Of a DNA stretch of 64,000 nucleotides, positions 25,402-38,899 are shown piece by piece; position 1 is the first letter of the stretch, and the number at the start of each line of letters is the position of its first letter. Made by a program: the position numbers and the translations under genes. The notes under the pieces are model-generated. The model had not been told where the DNA came from. It was given only the letters and a program-made list of their open reading frames with translations, and did no database searches. The stretch lies in contig NC_086097.1 of NCBI RefSeq assembly GCF_963921235.1, positions 164,240,001 to 164,304,000 of the forward strand, written 5' to 3'. Source of the stretch: Mobula hypostoma. Taxonomy: Eukaryota.

Positions 25402-25438
25402 GGCTATCACAGACCGAACCACTATATTGCCACACAAG
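25402..25438 (+). CDS. PTPRM: PTPRM internal exon (37 nt, phase 0 to 1), D1 domain
   Basis: ttttgctcttttAG acceptor, GTAAGC donor; GYHRPNHYIATQ(G) with the YIATQG motif. Confidence 0.95.
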
Positions 25439-25844
25439 GTAAGCAAGTATATAAACCTCCAAAAGTGATACATTCACTAATATTAGTAAGGAAAATCAAG
25501 GTATATATGAGATAATGTTCATATTTTATTATAGCCTTGGCTATTCACCAGCATCTCCAGAAGGAAGTGTACATGTGTTATATTAACAATATAGAAACTT
25601 TTCAAGTCAGATGGAGTTCTTTATTACCTGGGATATTTGGGGTACTGTTTCAGGATGTTTTTTTTCAACAATGCTAATAGATTCTGTAAATGTACATTAA
25701 GCAAGAAATGTTATGGTCCTTTACCTCACTCCCTCTTCTCTGCTGTCATCTTCTTTCATTCCCCCCCACCCGCCCCAACTCCCTGAGAGAGAAAGAGATA
25801 AAGTCAGTCCTGGACCGTCTAGTTGGATGACTGGCAAAGCGGAA

Positions 25845-26480
25845 ACTATTAACTGCTGGGATTCATGGGGACCAGGTGTGTTGGTAAACAAAGTGCAGGA
25901 AGTAATGAAATATAGGATGCAATTAGAACGCATTTGGTATGTTTGCCTTATATCGCAAGGGGATTTAAGTACAAGAGCTAGGAATTCTTGGTTCATTTGT
26001 ATAAAGCTTCAGTGAGGACACATCTGGAGAACTTGCTGCATCATTGGTCTCTGTACTGCAGGTAAGACTTATCTGCTTCTGTGAATGTTTGTTAGTTTGA
26101 TTCCAAATAATAATCATCGTATGGGGAGAGAATGAGTAAGATGGGATAATACTCAATCAATAACTACACAAGTCAATGAAGAACACACTGAATACACATG
26201 AAGAAGGGTCAACAAGAAGAAGTGCTATGAGGCCATTTCCTGTTTAAAACCAATGGGTTTAGTCATAGAATAAGACATCAACCGGTTTGGAGTGATTGAG
26301 AAATTGTTTTAGTCAGAGAGTTGGAATTTTCAAACCTAATATCTGTAAGTGTTCATCTATTGAGCATTTTCAAGCCTGAAAATGTTATATTTTTGCAAAG
26401 GGAAACCGGTGATATGAGCAATTATCTGAAAGGTGAAGGTAGAGTGGAAGAAGCCTATTGAGCAACTTGAATGAGTGTTG
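25845..26480 (+). mobile_element. Highly degraded CR1 3' region
   Basis: gtataaagcttcagtgaggacacatctggag (LYKASVRTHLE) and downstream CR1-like remnants. Confidence 0.5.
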
Positions 26481-26851
26481 CAGGTTCAGACTGGCAAGAG
26501 GGTCACTGAGTGGCCTGGAAGCTGATTCATGTCAATCTTGTCAGAAGCATTAGTGAAAGCACAGAAACAGTTTAGAGTGGAGAAAGGCATGGAGTCAGGT
26601 GCACAGGCATAGGAAGAAAGATCTGTATAAACATTTGCATACGCCAAGAATTGACAAAGGTTGAAATTCTCGATACTTGTAAGGAGAGAAAAAAATTGTT
26701 TTTCTTCTGTCCACCACCTTGTCACCTTGTCATAGAACTTCCCACCTGTTTCGTTTCACCTCCACCGCTTGCACAACCTAAAAGGTGTTTAACATTTCTG
26801 GTTTCTGAAATCTTTACTTGGGTCATTCTCATTGTGACTAAACTGCTAATT

Positions 26852-27230
26852 ATAAAACATAGAACTGTACAGCACAGGAGGACACTCTTCAGGTCACAAT
26901 GTTGTGCTGAACTAATTTAACTGAATGCACCTAATTACATCTGCCAGTACATGGTCTGTATCCCTCTATTATCTACACATTCATGTGTCTATCTGAGAGC
27001 TTCTTAAATGCTTCTATCCTGTTGCCACTTCCAAGCACCCAACACTCCCTGTATAAAATACTTGTCCTGCACATTTCCTTTGAATCTCCCCCTCCCCCAC
27101 CACCTTAAATGCATGCCCTCTTGTCAGAAACACTTCCTTTCTGGGAAAAAGATACCGGCTGTCTACCAATGCTTCTCATAATTATATAAACTTCTCTCAG
27201 GTCTCCCTTCAGCCTCTGCTGCTCCGGAGA
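26852..27230 (-). mobile_element. CR1 3' end
   Basis: catagaactgtacagcacagga.. is the reverse complement of the CR1 tail; ttccacc/ttaaatgcatgccctcttgt matches other CR1 C-termini. Confidence 0.65.
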
Positions 27231-27421
27231 TTATTTCCAACATTATCACTTTTTTACATCACTGTTCACTGACGTTAATCTGTCATTGATCACGACTGAC
27301 CAATGATGTACAAAATTATCCAACTCAGTTCTTCCACAGGAGCATATGGTTGGGAAGCAGCTCCCTGCCCTTTGTCAGTGACTTGGCTTCCTGCAAAATA
27401 AGTTGCAAAATAAACTCCAGC

Positions 27422-28265
27422 AAAGTCAAAGTCAAAGTCAAACTTATCATCAAAGAACATATAGGTCACTATGTACAACCCTTTTCTTGCAGGCAGTTAC
27501 AGGAAAATAAAGAAATAGAATAACATTTATGAAAAACTACACCTAAGTAAAGACTGACAAATAATCAATGTGAAAAAGACAAATTGTGCAAATAACCAAA
27601 AAATAATACTGAGAAACTGAGTAGTAAAATTCTTGTAAGTGAGTCTATAGGTTGTGGAACTTGTTCAGAGTTGAGATTAGTAAAGTTACCATGCTGGTTC
27701 AGGAGCCTGATGGTTGTAAGGTAATAACTTTTCCTGAATTGTTCCTGTGGGATCTAACTCTCATGTACCTCCTGCCTGATGATAGTTGTGAAAAGGGAGC
27801 ATGTCCTCGATGGTGGGGGTGGTTAATGGAGAGTGCTGCTTTCTTGTGGCAGTGCTCCATGTAAATGTGCTTATTGGTGGGTAAGGCTTTGCCTGTGATT
27901 GCCTGAGCTGTATCCACCACTTTCTGTAGATTTTTCCATTCCTGGGCATTCATGTTTCATAGCAGACTGTGATGCAACCAGTTTTAGAATACCTCCCACT
28001 GTGCATCTATCGAGGTTTGCTGAAGTTTTAGGTGACATGATGAATCTACGTAAACTTCTAAGAAAGTAGAGGTGTTGTCGTCCCTTCATTATGATGGCAC
28101 TTACGTGCTGGCTGCAGGACAGATCCTCTAATATGATAACACCAAGGAATTTAAAGTTACTGACCCCTCCACCTCAGATCCCCTCATGAAGACTGGCTCA
28201 TGGACCTCCAGCTTCTTCCCCCTGTAGTCAATAATCAGATCTTTGGTTTGTTGACACAGAATGAA
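27422..28265 (-). mobile_element. Rex1/Babar LINE 3' portion
   Basis: RQHLYFLRSLRRF, NLQKVVDTAQAITG, HAPFSQLSSGRRY; (tttgac)n tail. Confidence 0.82.
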
Positions 28266-30519
28266 ACGTCAAGCCATACCATCAAATAGTCCAAAATATT
28301 TCTGTAAAACAATTGATAATATTTTTGAATGTTTCTGCCATGCAAGTACACTTAGAAGCATTCAAAAACTATTATAAGATATTCAAACTCCAATAAACTC
28401 TCTTTTAAATAATTAAAAATGGTAAAATTTTAAAAACAAAGTTCCTAAATATTTTAAAACACATAAATATTTCAAAATGCTCAAACAATTATGGATGAAG
28501 TTAATGGACTTGTAGCTATCCTCTCTTTCCAGTGCGAGGGACAGTGAATCTGCGTAATTCCTGCTCTTTCGCTGGGCTGCAGGAGGTGTACAGCATTGGA
28601 GTTTATTTGGGAAAACAGCAATGGATCGCTGACCACTGTGTGTACTTCCACACAGATATGGAAATTCATGGTTTTCTACAGAAATCCTAACATTTATCTG
28701 CAAAATTCAGGCATTAACTCTTAGTCCCAATGGTCACTAGTAATTAATTGAATTGTCCCACAGTATCACTATTTCGTAAATCTCTATATAGTCATGGGGT
28801 CCCACTGCAATAAGTTTAAGTTCATTCTCACCATTACTCTGTAATACATCATAGTTAAGCTGTGGCGTTAGACTAATAATTCTGAGTTAAACCACAACGT
28901 CACTCTCTCTGTACGATATCCGAATCAAAGCAAAGCATCAGTGCACTAAATCTGTCAAACATTAATTTCTCACTTTATTAATCTGTGTTCAGCTATAGTA
29001 TCATTCTTCAATAAATCCAAGTCCAGTCAGTGTTACTCTGAATAACTCTGACAGAGTGACGCTGACATGGTGAATTCATTTGAAGCCTTGTCACAGTATC
29101 AATAATAAATTAGATGCAGAAACTCCACAGCTTTTGTCACATGCAGGCTCAGGGTGTGGGGTTGATGAGAAAGAGTAAGTGGTAAGTTTCAAACAGGAAT
29201 ACAAGGCTCAGTAATGCACAGCAGGTAGATCAGCAACTGGACTATGGGAGCCAGACCAATACTTAGGGTACTCTGTGACCTGCTGTGCTTTCCCTGTGAA
29301 CTTCACGAGTTCACTGAAACCATAGCACATAATTTCCCCAGAGTTCCACGCAAGTGTTTCACAATTTTTTATTGAGTTCCTGCTAACACAAAGTCCTGAT
29401 GCACAAATGTAAATGAATATAGCTGAAATTGGCAAATGTAATCAGTGGTAATAGACTTGCAATCTGGTTTTAATAAACTAGGGAGTTACATAATTACCTG
29501 TTCATTAGTGTGTTGCCATTTCTGCGATATGCTAGAATTTATTAAAATCCCCTGGGCCGACTTTCTGTCTAGTACCTGTTTGCAAGACAATAGCAAGATG
29601 AAGTCAATCTCCAATCTGTGATCAAGGTGTTATTTCTGTTAGAAACAAAATAACGTATCACAATATTTCCATCCCATTTATCTCTGCCACACAATAATGA
29701 TACCGTAACACTTATATTATGTATATATGTATGTGTTTTGGGAATACAGATTTCTCAAGTTTACAGCTGTTATCAGGTTGCAAACTGACCACTGTCAGCA
29801 GCATGCTCACCTCAGGATTCAGAGAAATGTTTCCAGCCTGACATTTCAGTGTGCTGCAGTGTTGGTGGGGCCACTTATTACATGAGTATTTCTCCAAGGG
29901 CCTGCATTGCTTGAAATATATTGTTGAAATGACTTTTCTATCATCCAAGTCACCTTGCTCTTTCAACTAGTGATCTCATAAGCAAATTTATCTCAAGCTA
30001 TTTGCTGATATCAAAACAGATTTTAGTTTGTAATGAGACCCTGAAGCCATTGCAAGGTGCCAAATGGTCATAAGCAAAGGTGAGCACATAGACAAATTCA
30101 TGTATTCAGCAGCAGTATGCACCTATGTAATGTGGTTAAAGCATCCCCAGGGATGTCACAGATGTTTCATCAAATAAAATTTGGCAAGACGCCACATAAA
30201 GTAATATTAGACCTGCCAACCAAAGGCCCAGTCAAGGGTATGATTTTAAACAGCGACAAAGGTGAAGAAGAGGTAACAAGGATTAGGGAGGGAATTTCAA
30301 GGCTTGGGTGAAAGCACAGCCACCAGTGTTGAAATGATGGAAATTAAGAATGCCTCCGAGCCCAGAGTTAGTGTAGGGAGTAAGTGGCAAAAAACTGTAG
30401 ACCCTGATTTGCTCTTTGGTCATTGAGAAAGAGAATATGTTAGTGTATGTGGTACATTTGAGAAGGTTTACCTTCTGGAATCTTTATCCAGAGGAGAGCA
30501 TTACACCAGACACACAGAC

Positions 30520-30692
30520 AAGACATTCTGCAGATGCTGGAAATCTTGAGTAACATACCACAACATACTGGAGGAATTCAGGAGGTCAGGCAGCATCTAT
30601 GGAGGGAAATAAACAGTTAATGTTTTGGGCCAAGATTCTTCTCGGCCCGAAAAGTCAACTATTCATTTCCTTCCATGAATGCTGCCTGACCA
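30520..30692. mobile_element. PLE-terminus-derived palindromic micro-element (degraded)
   Basis: ggtcaggcagcatctatggaggg and ccttccatgaatgctgcctgacc are inverted copies; hammerhead remnants lie between. Confidence 0.65.
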
Positions 30693-30811
30693 CACCACAC
30701 CAGGCAGATGGCCAGACAAAGCACTACATACAGAACCTGAAAGTGAGTACAATAGATATTAGTACTTTTTAAGAGATCTGGTAAGGTAAAGTGAACCGAA
30801 GGTACCATTTA

Positions 30812-33800
30812 AGAACATAGACATAGGACATAGAATAGTACAGCACAGTACAGGCCCTTCGGCCCACAATGTTGTGCCGATCCTTAAACCCCGCCTTCCA
30901 TATAACCCCCCACCCTAAATTCCTCCATATACCTGTCTAGTAGTTTCTTAAATTTCACTAGTGTATCTGCCTCCACCACTGACTCAGGCAGTGCATTCCA
31001 CACAGCAACCCTCTCTGAGTAAAAAAAAAACCTTCCTCTAATATCCCCCTTGAACTTCCCACCCTTTACCTTAAAGCCATGTCCTCTTGTATTGAGCAGT
31101 GGTGCCCTGGAGAAGAGGCGCTGGCTGTCCACTCCATCTATTCCTCTTAAAATCTTGTATACCTCTATCATGTCTCCTCTCATCCTTCTTCTCTCCAAAC
31201 AGTAAAGCCCTAGCTCCCTTAATCTCTGATCATAATGCATACTTTCTAAACCAGGCAGCATTCTGGTAAATCTCCTCTGTACCCTTTCCAATGCTTCCAC
31301 ATCCTTCCTATAGTGAAGCAACCAGAAATGGACACAGTACTCCAAGTGTGGCCTAACCAGAGTTTTATAGAGCTGAATCATTACCTCGCGACTCTTAAAC
31401 TCTATCCCTCAACTTACGAGAGCTAACACCCCATAAACTTTCTTAGCTACCCTATCTACCTGTGAGGCAACTTTCAGGGATCTGTGGGCGTGTACCACCA
31501 GATCCCTCTGCCTCTCCACACTGCCAAGTATCCTACCATCTCCTTTGTACTCTGCCTTGGAGTTTGTCCTTCCAAAGTGTACCACCTCACACTTCTCCGG
31601 GTTGAACTCCATCTGCCACTTCTCAGCCCACTTCTGCATCCTATCAATGTCTCTCTGCAATCTTCGACAATCCTCTACACTATCCACAACACCACCAACC
31701 TTTGTGTCGTCTGCAAACTTGCCAACTCACCCTTCTACCCCCACATCCAGGTCGTTAATAAAAATCCCGAAAATTAGAGGTCCCAGAACTGATCCTTGTG
31801 GGACACCACTAGTCGCAACCCTGCAATCCGAATGTACTCCCTCCACCATGACTCTCTGCTTTCTGCAGGCGAGCCAATTATGAATCAACCTGGCCAAACT
31901 TCCCTGGATCCCATGCCTTCTAACTTTCTGAATAAGCCTACCGTGTGGAACCTTGTCAAATGCCTTCCTAAAATCCATATAGATCACATCCACTGCACTA
32001 CCCTCATCTATATGCCTGGTCACCTCCTCAAAGAACTCTATCAGGCTTGTTAGACACGATCTGCCCTTCACAAAGCCATGCTGACTTTCCCTGATCAGAC
32101 CATGATTCTCTAAATGCTCATAGATCCTATCTCTAAGAATCTTTTCCAACAGCTTTCCCACCAGAGATGTAAGGCTCACTGGTCTATAATTACCTGGACT
32201 ATCCCTACTTCCTTTTCTGAACACGGGGACAGCATTTGCCTCCCTTCAGCTCTCCGGTACCATTCCCGTGGACAACGAGGACATAAGGATCCTAGTCAGA
32301 GGCTCAGCAATCTCTTCCCTCGCCTCGTGGAGTAGCCTGGGGAATATTCCATTAGGCTCCGGGGACTTATCTGTCCAAATGTATTTTAACAAATCCAACA
32401 CCTCCTCTCCCTTAATATCAACATGCTCCAGAACATCAACCTCACTCATATTGTCCTCACCTTCATCGAGTTCCCTCTCATTGGTGAATACTGAAGAGAA
32501 GTATTTATTGAGGACCTCGCTCACTTCCACAGCCTCCAGGTACACCTTCCCACTTTTATCTCTAATCGGTCCTACCTTCACTCTTGTCATCCTTTTGTTC
32601 TTCACATAATTGAAGAATGCCTTGGAGTTTTCCTTTACCCTACTCGCCAAGACCTTCTCTTGCCCCCTTCTTGCTTTCCTCAGCCCCTTCTTAAGCTCCC
32701 TTCTTGCTTCCCTATATTCCCCAATAGACCCATCTGATCCTTGCACCTAAACGTCATGTATGCTGCCTTCTTCCACCTAACTAGATTTTCCACCTCACTT
32801 GTCACCCATGGTTCCTTCACCCTACCGTTCTTTATCTTCCTCACTGGGACAAATTTATCCGTAATGTCCTGCAAGAGATCCCTAAACATCGACCACATGT
32901 CCATAGTACATTTCCCTGCAAAAACATCATCCCAATTCACACCTGCAAGTTCTAGCCTTATAGCCTCATAATTTGCCCTTCCCCAATTAAAAATTTTCCT
33001 ATCCTCTCTGATTCTATTCTTTTCCCTGATAATGTTAAAGACCAGGGAGCAGTGGTTACTATCCCCCAGATGCTCACCCACTGAGAGATCTGTGACCTGA
33101 CCCAGTTCGTTACCTAATACTAGATCTAGTATGGCATTCCCCCAGTCGGCCTGTCAGCATACTGTGACAGGAATCCATCCTGGACACACTTAACAAACTC
33201 TGCCCCATCTAAACCATTGGAACTAATCAAGTGCCAATCAATATTAGGGAAGTTAAAGTCACCCATGATAACAACCCTGTTATTTTTGCACCTTTCCAAA
33301 ATCTGCCTCCCAAACTGCTCCTTGGTATTTCTGATGCTACCAGGGGGCCTATAGAATACTCCCAATAGAGTAACTGCTCCCTTCCTGTTCCTGACTTCCA
33401 CCTATACTGTCTCAAAAGAGGATCCTGCTACATTACCCACCCTTTCTGTAGCTGTAATAGTGTCCATGACCAGTAATGCCACCCCTCCTCCCCTTTCCCC
33501 CCCTCCTCCCCTTTCCCCCCCTCTCTATCCCTTTTAAAGCACTGAAATCCAGGAATATTGAGAATCCATTCCTGCGCTGGTGCCAGCCAAGTCTCTGTAA
33601 TGGCCACTACATCATAATTCCATGTATGTATCCAAGCTCTCAGTTCATCACCTTTGTTCCTGATGCTTCTTGCATTGAGGTACACACACTTTAGCCCTTC
33701 TACCTTACTACCTTTACACCCTTTATTCTGTTTCTCTTTCCTCAAAGCCTCTTTATATGTTAGATCTGACTTTACTCCATGCACTGTACTTGCAGTTCTC

Positions 33801-35044
33801 GCATGACCTTTATCCTCCTCCACCTTACTATCTGCTCTAACACTCTGGTTCCCCTCCTCCTGCAAATCTAGTTTAAACTCCCTGTAGCAGCACTAGCAAA
33901 CCTACTTGCAAGGATGTTAGTACCCCTCCAGTTCAGGTGCAACCTGTCCTGTCAGAACAGGTCCCACTTTTCCTGGAACAAAGCCCAATTGTCCAGAATC
34001 ATGAAGCAAGCCCTCCCTCCTTGGCCACGTATTTAGCTGCATTATCTTCCTACTTCTAGCCTCACAAGCATGTGGAACGGGTCGCAATCCTAAGATTGCA
34101 ACCCTGGAGGTCCTGTCCTTCAACTTCACACCAAACTCCCTAAACTCTCTTTGCAGGACCTCCTCCTTCTTCCTATCCACGTCATTGGTCCCTACATAGA
34201 CCACAACATCTGGCCGCTCACTCTCCCTTTTGAGAATACTGAGAACTCGATCTGAGATATCGCAGACCCTGGCACCAGGGAGGCAACAGACCATCCAGGA
34301 TTCTCGATCTCTTCCACAGAACCTCTTACCTGTCCCCCTAACTATCGAATCCCCTATCACTACTGCTCTCCTCTTTCCCCCCTCCCTTCTGAGCTGAGGG
34401 TCCCATCTCGGTGCCAGAGATGCAACCACTGCAACTTGTCCCTGGTAGGTCGTCCCCACCAACAGTATCCAAAACGGTATACTTATTATTGATGGGAACG
34501 GCCACATGGGTGCTCTGCTCATTCTATTCCCCTTCCCTCTCCTGACAGTCACCCAGCTACCTGTCTCCTGACTTTTAGGGGTGACTATCTCCCTGAAACT
34601 CCTGTCTATTTCTGCCTCTGCTTCATGAATGACCTGAAGTTCATCCAGCTCCAGCTCCTGTTCCCTAACTTGGTTTGTCAGGAGCTGCAGGTGAATGCAC
34701 CTTTTACAGGTGTAGTCATCAGGGACAATTGTGCCCACCCTGACTTCCCACATACTGCAAACAGAGCACTCGACTGCCCTAACTGCTGCTTCCATTACCT
34801 ACTTCTAAGTTAATTAGATTAATTAAAGGAACTTACCCGGCCTTACCTCACTGGGAGCAAGCTCGTCCTCAGCCTCTGCTCGCTGAAGCCTCTCAAGCCA
34901 AAGCCTTCCAATTCTGTCTCCCACTATTCTGTCGCTCACTCCGTTAATGTGCTTGCTTTTTAAACTCTCCCGCTGTCTCACAGGCCGACCTTCAGGCACT
35001 TGCGCAGTCATGCCCCGTTCAAACTGCCGAAGAAATGACCTCTA
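30812..35044 (-). mobile_element. Full-length CR1 LINE (copy B)
   Basis: ORF1 from 34795 (CSVC..CKRC, GDSI, VGTND), ORF2 33865-30884 in pieces (APE, RT), 3' tail (ctatgt)-like; possible 5-bp TSD ATTTA. Confidence 0.93.
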
Positions 35045-36719
35045 ATTTATTAGATAGCTAGCCTGTGTTACAAATTTACTGTAGGTTTGACTGTTTAAAC
35101 TTCTTGTGCTTAATGGACCTCCAAAGAGAGGGGAAATGGCCACCATTGTTTCCCACTTTCATCGATAAATTAATTAAAATATTAGAACCCTGGAAAAAAA
35201 TTATCCCACCAAAATCACTGGTTCAAATGGATCATGTGAACTCTGTAGTAAATACTAATCAAATATCTATGAGCTCCTTCAGTTCTGAAATTTCCCTTGA
35301 GCCCATACCACACTAACACATCAGAAGTCCAAAGCCAGGATAAACATCATTAACCCATGTTAATTTCAATCGTTTTTTAACTTCAAAGCTGTATTTTAAC
35401 AAGGATGGAAGTACTTCAGCTCACCAGAAGAGTAGGAGAGTGGGACCTGAAGGAAATTAGCAGTCCACTCCTAGTTCTCATCCCCTTGATTCCTCTCCAC
35501 TACTTGCACAGTTAGCTAGTCCCACGTAGCTCTCAAGCAAAGCAAGATCAGTCTGAGCATTGGAAAACAGACAAGTTTGGAAACTCTCAGTCAAAGTAAT
35601 CACATCACACCATTATATGAAGTAGATGATAAGATAAGTGCGATACTTAACATAGCTGTAGAGTTTCTGACATGGATTAACAGCGGGAAAAGATATCTTG
35701 ATGTCTCTCAGGCATCTGCTTCTCTGTACCACAGATGAATGCTGTTTTTCATAGATTACTTTCTCACTGGAAACCCCATGGGGAGACCCTTGAGATCTGT
35801 CTTGCTATTTCGAGGTAGTTAATGAGAGTGTTTTATTGAGACAACAGACTCATCTCATTAGCACAGATCCTAAGAGCATGTCTACCTGCCTCAGCAAACA
35901 GATGTTTTATTGGCTCTGTCAATGTGTTTCTAAAACAACTGTTAAGTAAATAGTGCTTCTGAAGAAAATGCACTACGGAACTTGTGAATGCCAACTCATG
36001 ACTGCATAAACTCTGGAAGCAAGTGGTATGATTCTCCATGGCAAAGCAGATTTGATGGGCTGAATGGCCTAATTCTGCACGAGACATGAACTGAAGAAGA
36101 AAAGTATATTGTACAGTACTCACTGTAACTTAAAATAATTATGTTAGCCTTTGTCATAACCTGGTAAGTGGGGAGAAGTTTAAAGGTGACCTGGTGAAGC
36201 AGCAGTTAATGAACCTGCCCAAAAAGCACTGGCTGCTTGGAGATTTCACACTTTCCCTGTCACTGTGAGGGTTTTCTACCACATCCCCAAGTCATGTTGA
36301 TTGGTTAATACAAATTACCCTTTGGTGTAAGGTAGGTTGAAAATGAATCAGTTGAAGAGAGTGTGAAAGAAAATAATTTGCACAGGGGTAAAAAAGGCAA
36401 GGCATGGTACTGTGCTGGGAGCTGGCATGAACAAATGGGGCAATTGGCCTCCTGTTAGTTGAGAAGGAGTTAATCAACAAGGAGTCAAAAACAAGAAAAG
36501 ATTTCAATCATCAGAGAGATGGGAGAAGCGCAACAAGGATTTGCACTCTGCCTTTTGGCTGAAATCAAGTGCAGTATCATGGTGGATTGCTAGGATGCCA
36601 AAACTGAGGACGGACAAGAGGCTCATCGCAATCAAGAGGCTGATAAGAGCTTAACCCACTGATGTAGGGGTGAATTCTCATGCTGTTTGGGAAACTAATC
36701 TAATGCACCTTTCCAGCAA

Positions 36720-38880
36720 TGACTGCATTGATTGGAGAACCTGGGATCCAAAACACCATTGGGGCCAAGTGAAGGATCCTCAGGGAGGGAAATCCCTCAA
36801 AAAGGACCTCTTCATTGGGAAGGTCCTATTTGAACACCGCAAGTTGGATGTGAACGACATCTACTGTGTTCAAGATTTCACTGGTAGCGACTTTTTCAAT
36901 GTCACATTCAAGTACACGGCAGGATGGCAGAAGTTCCTGCAGGATTTGATCACTATTCACATGTTCACCCCACCTGTGCCTGTTGTGGATATTCTCACCT
37001 TCCTTGCCCATTGTGGTGAATGAGTAGGAAACTTTGTGGACATCAAAACATATGTTCAGGAACTGGACAAACAGGTGCCAGGTGAAGGTCAAGCTGAGGG
37101 TGAATTCGAATGGCTCCATCACCCACCCTCCTTCAGACTTCAATATCAGAGGGAACCACGGTTACATGGTGTATTCCGGTCAACCCAGACTGTGCCATTA
37201 CTGCAATGTCTGGTCATGTTGCGGCCTAATGCAGTCAACTGCAAGAACTGCAGACTGGAAGACCACCAGACAAAGGAGTGCTAGGAAAGTAAATGCTGCT
37301 ACCTACGTGGAGAGACAGGCCACCTCTACAAAGCCTGCTCAAAACGTGCTGGCACCTATGCACAGGCAATAAGAGGGAGAGCTGTCATTGAGAATGCCCA
37401 GACAACACTAACACACCCACCATCCGTGCAGAGGCTGTGGCCAGCCTACGCCTGAGGAAAGGCCGACAAACCTCAAGCTCCCACCCCCCTCAGCTGATAA
37501 ACCCCACGCCCCTCCACAAGACAAGGAAGATGAGGGCATAAAAGGAGTGACACTGCCAGGCAATTGAGGGACCCAAGTGAAAACCTCCCTGTAAGTGGAC
37601 AGTGTCACCTTCTTCTGCTTGGATCCGAGGTCAGATTGCAGACTGATCAGAATCTGTGACCAGTTTCTGAGTCCAGAGTTAACCTCATGAAGAGCAAGGC
37701 CACACTCTTCAGCAATTGGCTTGATTGATCCAGTGTCCCCTTTCTGCATGAAGGTTCTGGGGACCTGTTTCAGAGGGGCCAAGATATGCAACTGGAATTG
37801 GCTAGAGCAGACTGCAAAGATAAAACAGAAACTGGGACTATGGAGATGGCGCTTCCCATCAATAATTGGGAAGAACTTGGTCATCAGGGGTGAGGCACAC
37901 TCAGGGCTGCTATACTTGACACAGGAGTGGCCCATCCCCCACTCCTCCAGCTTGCGAATCACCCAAGCTGACTTCGGGTTCATCCGGAGATCCAAGATGG
38001 AGATGGGTCAAACAGATCACAATGTACAATTCCCTGGAATGGGGGCAAAAACATACCCAATGTCACCCTCACCCTGACGACCACTTTCATGGGGGGCTTC
38101 ATCAGGCTGTGAGTGGAACTTAAACACGTGGGCAACCAAGTACCAAGTGCCAGGGTTCTACCTGTCCTGGTGTTGCAGATGGCCCTGTTGCTATGCATGT
38201 CGCAGTCAGCTGGATGTTGCTGCACTAGGTGCCCTTCATGGAAAAGCTCCTTCAGACCAACACCTTTGACCTCAAGTCCATCAGGCAGTGGTCAGCATGG
38301 AACATCCCGCAGATACTGCAGAAGGACTCGCTGGACGCATTGGGGTAGTGTCCTAAGCTGACTCCCCAGACCATCTGGCAGAATGCCTCATCGCAAGGCC
38401 TCACCAACAGACACCAAGACCTTGCCATCAGATCTGTCCTGCAAGCCTGGAGAATCACTCCCACAGTATGCTGCCTGTGGGAAGACTCGTGGGGAAGACG
38501 TAGGAGTTTCTTTCTTTGCAGACTGTGGGTTTGCAAAGAGGCTGTGGAGAAGGATGAAAGGGCCTGTGTCGCAGGTCTTGATGAGCAATTGCATGACAGA
38601 GAACTCTCTGATCTCAGGACTGTTCTCAGGGGCACACTTGGAAACATCAAATGCTGCTGGTAGATTAGTGAAAGATGCTCTTTTGTCTGCCTAAAACTCG
38701 TTGGTCTGCCAACTTGTCGAGATGAGCGTGGAGGACTGCTGCTGACTGGCACATTCCAGGCTACAGGAGTATTTGCTAAGGGAAGCACCAAAGCTTGACG
38801 CAGTCCCCGCAAGAGCTCAATGGAGAAGGACCACAGTGAAGGGTTCTTCTCCTACGGGAGACACAGGGGCCAGATTGTGA
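36720..38880 (+). mobile_element. Degraded, internally deleted Tx1-clade LINE
   Basis: ORF1 remnants DIYCVQDF..FNVTF, ITIHMFTPPVPVVDILTFL, knuckles CKNCRLEDHQTKEC and CYLRGETGHLYKAC; ORF2 C-terminal KIKQKLGLWRWR..IIGKNLVI. Confidence 0.78.
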
Positions 38881-38899
38881 AGGAAGTCCCTCAGTTATT

